Source: an uncultured Bartonella sp.
GTDB lineage: Bacteria > Pseudomonadota > Alphaproteobacteria > Rhizobiales > Rhizobiaceae
Assembly: GCA_945285915.1 (NCBI GenBank)
Contig: CALYQL010000010.1
Span: forward strand, 9,104 to 73,103
Reading direction: 5' to 3'
DNA length: 64,000 nt
The translations under genes and the position numbers were made by a program. Within the stretch, counting starts at the first letter, position 1, and each line of letters starts with the position of its first letter. The notes beneath the pieces are model-generated. The model saw nothing but the letters and a program-made list of their open reading frames with translations. It searched no databases and had not been told where the DNA came from. Below, piece after piece: positions 58,672 to 64,000 of this stretch.

Positions 58672-60966
58672 GTGAACATAATGACACAAGTAATGCAGTC
58701 TATCTCACAAACTATTGCTTTGGAAATTAAAGCGTCTACCCAACAGGTTGTTGCAGCTGTAGCGTTAATTGATGAGGGCGCAACAATTCCCTTTATTGCG
58801 CGCTATAGAAAAGAAGTGACAGGCGGATTAGACGACAGTCAACTGCGATTACTGTCAGAGCGTCTTGTCTATCTCCGTGAGATGGAAAGCCGACGTGAAG
58901 CAATTATCCAGTCAATTCGTGAGCAAGGTAAGCTTACCCCAGAGCTGGAACAATCTTTGGTTGCTGCATCATCAAAATCTGAATTGGAAGATCTTTATTT
59001 ACCTTATAAACCGAAACGCCGTACACGTGCGCAAATTGCACGTGAAAATGGTCTGGCACCTCTTGCGGAAGCAATTTTATCCAAGCGGGATCAAGAACCA
59101 CAAGAGCTTGCCAAGGATTATATTAATGACAAAGTTGCGGATATCAAAAGTGCATTAGAAGGCGCCCGTGATATTATTTCGGAAGAAATGGCCGAAAATG
59201 CCGAACTTGTCGGTAAACTTCGTCACTATATGCAAGCGAACGCAATTTTGCATGCAAAAGTCATTGAAGGCAAAGAACAAGTTGGCGCAAAATTTTCAGA
59301 TTATTTTGACCATTCTGAAAAATGGGCAAATGTTCCAAGCCACCGTGCGCTTGCAATGTTTAGAGGCCGAAATGAAGAAGTTCTGAGTGTCAATATCGAG
59401 GTTGATGAAGAGTTTCCGCATATAGACAAGCCGGTTGTGCAGATTATCAAAGGGCTCTATCAAATTGGCAATAAATTGCCAGGAGACATATTTTTGTCTG
59501 ATGTCGCGGTTTGGGCATGGCGCGTTAAACTCTCTCTTCATTTATCACTGGATTTGATGCGCGAGTTACATGAGCGTGCCGATGAGGAAGCAATAACCGT
59601 ATTTGCACGTAACCTGAAAGCGCTCTTATTGGCTGCCCCAGCCGGAACACGTGCAACAATGGGGCTCGATCCTGGAATTCGTACAGGCGTTAAGGTTGCA
59701 GTGGTTGATAAAACGGGAAAGCTATTAGAAACAGCAACAATTTACCCATTTCCGCCACGTAGCGATATGCATGGTTCACAAGCGGTTCTTGCTGCTCTTA
59801 TTGCGAAACACAAGGTTGATTTGATAGCAATTGGCAATGGAACGGCAAGTCGTGAAACAGAAAAATTGGTAGGGGATTTGCTAAGCCTCATTCCTGCACC
59901 AAAACCCACCAAAGTTATTGTTTCTGAAGCAGGTGCTTCGGTCTATTCTGCTTCCGAGCTTGCAGCTGCTGAATTTCCCGATATTGACGTATCATTACGT
60001 GGGGCTGTTTCCATTGCAAGACGCCTGCAAGATCCGCTGGCTGAATTGGTCAAGATTGAACCAAAGTCAATTGGTGTCGGGCAATACCAACATGATGTGG
60101 ATCAATTCCAGCTTGCACGCGCATTGGACGGTGTGGTCGAAGATGCTGTGAACGCGGTTGGTGTAGATTTGAACACGGCATCATCTTCACTATTGGCACG
60201 GGTTTCGGGCGTTGGTTCATCTTTAGCGCAAGCTATTGTTGCTTATCGTGATGCTAATGGACCATTTAAAAATCGTGATATGTTGAAATTGGTACCACGG
60301 CTTGGCGCAAAAACATTTGAACAATGTGCCGGCTTTTTGCGTATCAGAAATGGTGACGAGCCATTGGACGCTTCGTCCGTGCACCCAGAGGCTTATAGTG
60401 TGGCACGCAAAATTGTCAGTGCATGTGGAAGAGATCTGCGTACATTGATGGGTGATACTGCAACGCTGAAAAAACTTGATCCGCGCCAATTTATCGATGA
60501 GCGTTTTGGCTTGCCGACGGTTAAAGACATTATCAATGAATTGGAGAAACCGGGACGAGATCCTAGACCAGAATTTAAAACGGCCACTTTTGCTGATGGC
60601 ATAAATGAAATTAGTGATCTTAAGGCTGGAATGGAACTCGAAGGAACCGTGACAAATGTTGCCGCTTTTGGTGCTTTTGTTGATATTGGGGTTCATCAGG
60701 ATGGACTTGTGCATATTTCGCAATTGGCAGATCGCTATGTCAGTGATCCCCATGACGTGGTAAAAGCAGGTGATATTGTGAAAGTTACCGTCATTGAGGT
60801 TGATGCCGCGCGCAAGCGAATATCACTTACAATGCGTAAGAATTCAGATCCGGTTTCTACGCCACGTAAAACCTCCTCCCATCAAACGACACAATCAAAA
60901 GCATCTTCATCGCAACATGGAAGTTTTGGTTCTGCTTTGGCTGATGCATTGCGCAAAAATCGCTAA
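58672..60966 (+). CDS. tex: Tex-family transcription accessory protein (YqgF/HhH/S1 domains)
   Basis: The 764-aa ORF is near-collinear with my memory of E. coli Tex/YhgF ([62 protein letters not shown]). It has a C-terminal S1 domain ([26 protein letters not shown]). The start is either GTG at 58672 or ATG at 58681. Confidence 0.95.
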   Translation: MNIMTQVMQSISQTIALEIKASTQQVVAAVALIDEGATIPFIARYRKEVTGGLDDSQLRLLSERLVYLREMESRREAIIQSIREQGKLTPELEQSLVAASSKSELEDLYLPYKPKRRTRAQIARENGLAPLAEAILSKRDQEPQELAKDYINDKVADIKSALEGARDIISEEMAENAELVGKLRHYMQANAILHAKVIEGKEQVGAKFSDYFDHSEKWANVPSHRALAMFRGRNEEVLSVNIEVDEEFPHIDKPVVQIIKGLYQIGNKLPGDIFLSDVAVWAWRVKLSLHLSLDLMRELHERADEEAITVFARNLKALLLAAPAGTRATMGLDPGIRTGVKVAVVDKTGKLLETATIYPFPPRSDMHGSQAVLAALIAKHKVDLIAIGNGTASRETEKLVGDLLSLIPAPKPTKVIVSEAGASVYSASELAAAEFPDIDVSLRGAVSIARRLQDPLAELVKIEPKSIGVGQYQHDVDQFQLARALDGVVEDAVNAVGVDLNTASSSLLARVSGVGSSLAQAIVAYRDANGPFKNRDMLKLVPRLGAKTFEQCAGFLRIRNGDEPLDASSVHPEAYSVARKIVSACGRDLRTLMGDTATLKKLDPRQFIDERFGLPTVKDIINELEKPGRDPRPEFKTATFADGINEISDLKAGMELEGTVTNVAAFGAFVDIGVHQDGLVHISQLADRYVSDPHDVVKAGDIVKVTVIEVDAARKRISLTMRKNSDPVSTPRKTSSHQTTQSKASSSQHGSFGSALADALRKNR

Positions 60967-61025
60967 GTAGCATTTTATACGGTCAGTCGCGTTTAACTGC
61001 CACTTGATGCGCATGGAAACAACAT

Positions 61026-61050
61026 AAAAGGCCATTCTTGGCCTTTTATT
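61026..61050 (+). terminator. Intrinsic terminator after tex
   Basis: AAAAGGCCA-ttct-TGGCCTTTT is followed by ATTAT. Confidence 0.75.
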
Positions 61051-61324
61051 ATGCCCTAGGCATTTGTCTTACATTACAAAGCCATAGTGCCATGTCCAAT
61101 AATTTCATAAACAATAATGCTGGTCGTTCAGCTATAATATCCGGCAAAACTATTGCGTTATATTGTGTATAATACAGGTATTACATACCGCATTTGAAAC
61201 TTATCGATATGTCAGTGTATCACTTCTTAAAAACACGGTTCAAACAATGTGGTAGTTGGATTAAAACTGACATTGGATACTGTTTTTCATGTCTTTATGT
61301 GTCGTCCGATTGGTTTACTCGCGT

Positions 61325-61365
61325 AAAATGCCGCATTTATCGGAATAAAATTTATGCGGCATTTT
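61325..61365 (-). terminator. Hairpin terminator downstream of metI
   Basis: AAAATGCCGCAT-(17 nt)-ATGCGGCATTTT is a 12-bp stem. It lies 27 nt past the metI stop and has U-runs on both strands. Confidence 0.6.
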
Positions 61366-61391
61366 ATAAACTCATATAAGTAATTCTGACG

Positions 61392-62051
61392 TTATCGATT
61401 GGTGCGATCGAGTTTTTGCGAAATCCAATCACCGCACCATTGTACCAAAACATTCATGATAACGAGTACAATGATAACCATTGTCATAACTTCAGTATTA
61501 TAGCGCTGGTAGCCATAGCGGATAGCCATATCCCCCAACCCACCACCACCAAGAAAACCGGCAAGGGATGTTGCGCTGATAATTGAAATAACCATCACGG
61601 TAAAGCCAGTGACAAGGCTTGAAAACGATTCCGGTACAACGACATTGGTAACAATTTGCATTCTAGATGCGCCCATTGAGCGAATGGCTTCAACCAGCCC
61701 TTTGTCCACACCACGAAAAGACAGCTCCGCCATACGTGCATAAAAGGGAATGGCTGAAATGGTGAGCACAAAGATAACAGATTTTATACCGACACCAGTG
61801 CCAACAACAACGCGTGTTACCGGAAGAAGATAGAATGCAAGAATGATAAATGGAATTGCTCTGACACAATTGACAATTCCGCTAAGCAACCGATTAATAA
61901 TCGCATTGGGAAACAGGCTGCCCCGTGCTGTCGTATAAAGAATAAGCCCGATTGGCAAACCAATAATAAGCGCCAAAAGAGACGAGCTTACTGTCATGAT
62001 AATAGTATCAAGAATGGCTTGTGGGAGTTCTTTCGAAATGACACTATACAT
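61392..62051 (-). CDS. metI: Methionine ABC transporter permease
   Basis: The ORF track gives 61392..62096. I chose the ATG at 62051 (MYSVISKEL), which overlaps the metN stop by 8 nt. The protein has five TM helices and an EAA-like loop (EAIRSMGASRMQI). Confidence 0.9.
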   Translation of the reverse strand: MYSVISKELPQAILDTIIMTVSSSLLALIIGLPIGLILYTTARGSLFPNAIINRLLSGIVNCVRAIPFIILAFYLLPVTRVVVGTGVGIKSVIFVLTISAIPFYARMAELSFRGVDKGLVEAIRSMGASRMQIVTNVVVPESFSSLVTGFTVMVISIISATSLAGFLGGGGLGDMAIRYGYQRYNTEVMTMVIIVLVIMNVLVQWCGDWISQKLDRTNR

Positions 62052-63075
62052 AGCCAAGAACCTCGCAATAACGACCATTTTGTGTAAGCCAGACAACTGC
62101 CTTATCCAGCTTCTCTTTATCGTCTGCCGGCAAACCTAAAAAGAAACGTCCAACAGGCTCCCCCTGTATCGTGTCAATTCCACCGTGAAGAATACGTGGG
62201 ATTAAACCGCTTTCCTGTTCAATCAGATGCAGGAAGGGTTTTCGTGCGACCTCACCAGCAATGTTCAATTCAACAACAGCTTCTTGACCTTGAGGTTTTA
62301 ACCTCTTTGCAAACTCTGCTGGTAATTGTGGTGTAACAATCCGCAGCATAGCAATTGTTGTGTCTTCCTGTGGAGAGGCAAAAATGTCTTTAACAGACCC
62401 TTCTTCAACAATACGTCCTCGATTGAGAACAACAACCCGATCCGCTATTGTACTGACAACTTCCATTTCATGCGTAATCAAGACAATTGTTAAATTAAGT
62501 CGCTTATTAATATCGGCTAATAGTTCAAGAATGGATTGTGTGGTTTCCGGATCGAGTGCAGAGGTAGCCTCGTCAGATAGTAACACTTTCGGATTGGCAG
62601 CGAGCGCACGGGCTATTCCGACACGCTGTTTTTGACCACCTGAAAGTTCTGCTGGGAAATGTTGCTCTTTACCATTTAGTCCAACAAGCTCAATTAATTC
62701 CAAAGCGCGTTGTCTGCGCTTTTCTTTCGCAACACCAGCCAATTTTAGCGGTAATGCGATATTGTCGATAACACGCTTAGACGACAACAGGTTAAAGTGT
62801 TGAAAGATCATACCAATGCGCTGACGATAGGGCGCCCATTGTGTTTCCGTCAAATGAGAAACATCATGACCTTCAAAGAAAATCTTGCCCTCATCAATGG
62901 TTTCAAGACCATTCAGGCAACGTATAAGAGTTGATTTGCCGGCACCACTACGCCCGATAATTCCTAAAATTTCGCCAGCTTGGATATCAAGAGATAAATC
63001 ATCAACAGCCGCCGTTTGGTTGAAACGGCGGCTAATATTTTTCAATGAAATGATTGGTTGCGAAGTTGCCACCAT
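62044..63075 (-). CDS. metN: Methionine ABC transporter ATP-binding protein (with C-terminal NIL domain)
   Basis: The 343-aa ORF has Walker A (GRSGAGKST), the signature LSGGQKQRVGIARAL, and Walker B (LLSDEATSALD). A C-terminal regulatory domain follows. Confidence 0.95.
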   Translation of the reverse strand: MVATSQPIISLKNISRRFNQTAAVDDLSLDIQAGEILGIIGRSGAGKSTLIRCLNGLETIDEGKIFFEGHDVSHLTETQWAPYRQRIGMIFQHFNLLSSKRVIDNIALPLKLAGVAKEKRRQRALELIELVGLNGKEQHFPAELSGGQKQRVGIARALAANPKVLLSDEATSALDPETTQSILELLADINKRLNLTIVLITHEMEVVSTIADRVVVLNRGRIVEEGSVKDIFASPQEDTTIAMLRIVTPQLPAEFAKRLKPQGQEAVVELNIAGEVARKPFLHLIEQESGLIPRILHGGIDTIQGEPVGRFFLGLPADDKEKLDKAVVWLTQNGRYCEVLGYV

Positions 63076-63082
63076 TATAAAC

Positions 63083-63901
63083 TTACCATGCAGTTTTGGC
63101 TGTTACACCGAATACTTCTTTAATCTTGGCTCTAACTGGTTCTGAATTATAGGCACTTACCAATTTTTTTACCCAAGGTTGATCTTTGTCGGCTGTTTTT
63201 ACAACAATGATATTGTTGTAAGGATTATTTTCAACCTTTTCCCATGCTATCGCATCTTTATCTGGTTTCAAGCCCGTTGTTAGAGCCCAATTGGTGTTTA
63301 CAATAGCAATGTCGAAATCATCAATTGCTCGGCCAAGCATTCCTGCATCAAGCTCGCGAATCTCCAATTTTTTCGGATTTTCAACGATATCCAATTTTGA
63401 AGCGAGAACATTATTAGGGTCTTTCAACTTTATCAGCCCCATATCATTCAACAGGCGCAATGCACGTCCGCCATTGGATGGATCGTTTGGCACACCAACA
63501 ATGGCGCCATCACGCAAATCCTTCATATCCTTGATTTTATGGGAATATACGCCCATCGGGAACAAAACAGTATATCCTACGATAGAAAGCTTATAGCCGC
63601 GCTGTTCAATTTGTGCATCGAGATACGGTTTATGTTGAAATGAATTGGCATCAATATCTCCTGAATTAACAGCTTCATTGGGTAAAGCGTAATCAGAAAA
63701 ATAGACAAGCTCAACGTTCAGGCCTTCTTTTTTCGCCTGTTCAGCGGCTACTTTCCAAACATCACTTTCTTCACCTTCCATCGTGCCAAGTTTGATTGTT
63801 GTTTTGTCTTCGGCATGTGCCAATGGTGCAAGGCTTACCCATGCTGCAAATGAAGCAATGAGTCCTAGGGCAGTACGTCTTTTGATTTTTTCGAGAAACA
63901 T
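63083..63901 (-). CDS. metQ: MetQ/NlpA-family methionine-binding protein
   Basis: The ORF track gives 63083..63916 with a TTG start. I chose the ATG at 63901, which is preceded by a GAGGA SD with an 8-nt spacer. It has a signal peptide ending LAHA and the NlpA-family pattern (DANSFQH, VPNDPSN). Confidence 0.9.
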   Translation of the reverse strand: MFLEKIKRRTALGLIASFAAWVSLAPLAHAEDKTTIKLGTMEGEESDVWKVAAEQAKKEGLNVELVYFSDYALPNEAVNSGDIDANSFQHKPYLDAQIEQRGYKLSIVGYTVLFPMGVYSHKIKDMKDLRDGAIVGVPNDPSNGGRALRLLNDMGLIKLKDPNNVLASKLDIVENPKKLEIRELDAGMLGRAIDDFDIAIVNTNWALTTGLKPDKDAIAWEKVENNPYNNIIVVKTADKDQPWVKKLVSAYNSEPVRAKIKEVFGVTAKTAW

Positions 63902-64000
63902 TATGTAAATCCTCAATCTTTATTTTCAGAATGCTTCGTCTCAAAACATCGGCTGAAAAGGTGAATTCTGTTGAACCAAGTTAACATGAAAGCCTTATAT

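Noticed and set aside
60223-60753. This is a 176-aa ORF antisense to tex.
   Set aside because: It is fully embedded in the strongly conserved tex coding region. The translation is low-plausibility (Cys/Ile/Phe/Ser-rich) and I see no SD.
61053-61391. This is the 61-aa ORF at 61194..61379 (+) in the tex-metI spacer.
   Set aside because: It is Cys/Tyr/Phe-rich, has no SD, and its 3' end runs through the metI terminator hairpin. It is probably non-coding.
63902-64000. I checked for a SAM riboswitch (SAM-II type) in the metQ leader.
   Set aside because: Only about 100 nt of leader lie within the window. I could fold a TTTTCAG...CTGAAAA hairpin, but I could not recognise the SAM-II pseudoknot consensus. 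A decision needs the upstream sequence and a covariance-model scan.
1-64000. I scanned the whole window for CRISPR arrays, IS elements or transposases, prophage genes, toxin-antitoxin pairs and rRNA.
   Set aside because: I saw no regularly spaced direct repeats. No ORF in the track has transposase, integrase, phage or classical toxin motifs. I saw no rRNA-like sequence. This was an eye-level scan only; a repeat finder and HMM scan would be needed to exclude small or degenerate elements.

Overview
This 64-kb window reads as ordinary core chromosome of a visibly AT-rich alphaproteobacterium, probably Rhizobiales/Hyphomicrobiales-like. That placement is an inference from gene content: PutR-PutA, plant-type GshA, split PntAA/PntAB/PntB, a PdhS/DivJ-type histidine kinase, a zwf-pgl-edd operon, and a tRNA-His with no encoded G-1 but G1:U72 and A73. 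I can support about 55 protein genes, one tRNA, and a set of clear hairpin terminators. Functional blocks, in order:
- rluD and an aldehyde dehydrogenase
- a proline block (proP-like transporter, putR, putA)
- an FtsK-family translocase and a PAS histidine kinase
- mscL, DUF952-pyrD, tRNA-His
- gamma-glutamyl-polyamine-type genes (PuuA-like, PuuB-like, with a PuuD-like gene 30 kb away)
- zwf-pgl-edd, folD, proC
- lrgAB with a divergent LysR regulator
- a three-gene glycan-modification cluster (GT29-like, GT25, CE4 deacetylase)
- asmA, a MOSC protein, an aldo/keto reductase
- a FUSC-DUF1656-HlyD efflux operon
- rsmE, gshA, an eRF1-like (baeRF-type) orphan gene, a TPR lipoprotein, rpsU
- MaoC, a SAF-domain oxidoreductase, nnrS, pntAA-pntAB-pntB
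- LacI and MarR regulators, creatininase, a COG0523 metallochaperone with a WD40 partner, an OYE reductase, tex, and metQNI

I recognised no rRNA, CRISPR array, transposase, integrase or phage genes. I did not find a convincing multi-gene novel system. The most unusual items are single genes or small loci:
- a stand-alone eRF1-like protein without a GGQ motif
- a 207-213-aa protein carrying eukaryote-type sialyltransferase (GT29) L, S and VS motifs next to a GT25 transferase
- an FtsK paralog with no membrane anchor
- an AT-rich orphan membrane protein
- an unlisted 47-aa ORF with its own SD and terminator
- several structured or palindromic non-coding elements

All functional calls rest on my own recognition of motifs in the translations. 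No database search was run.
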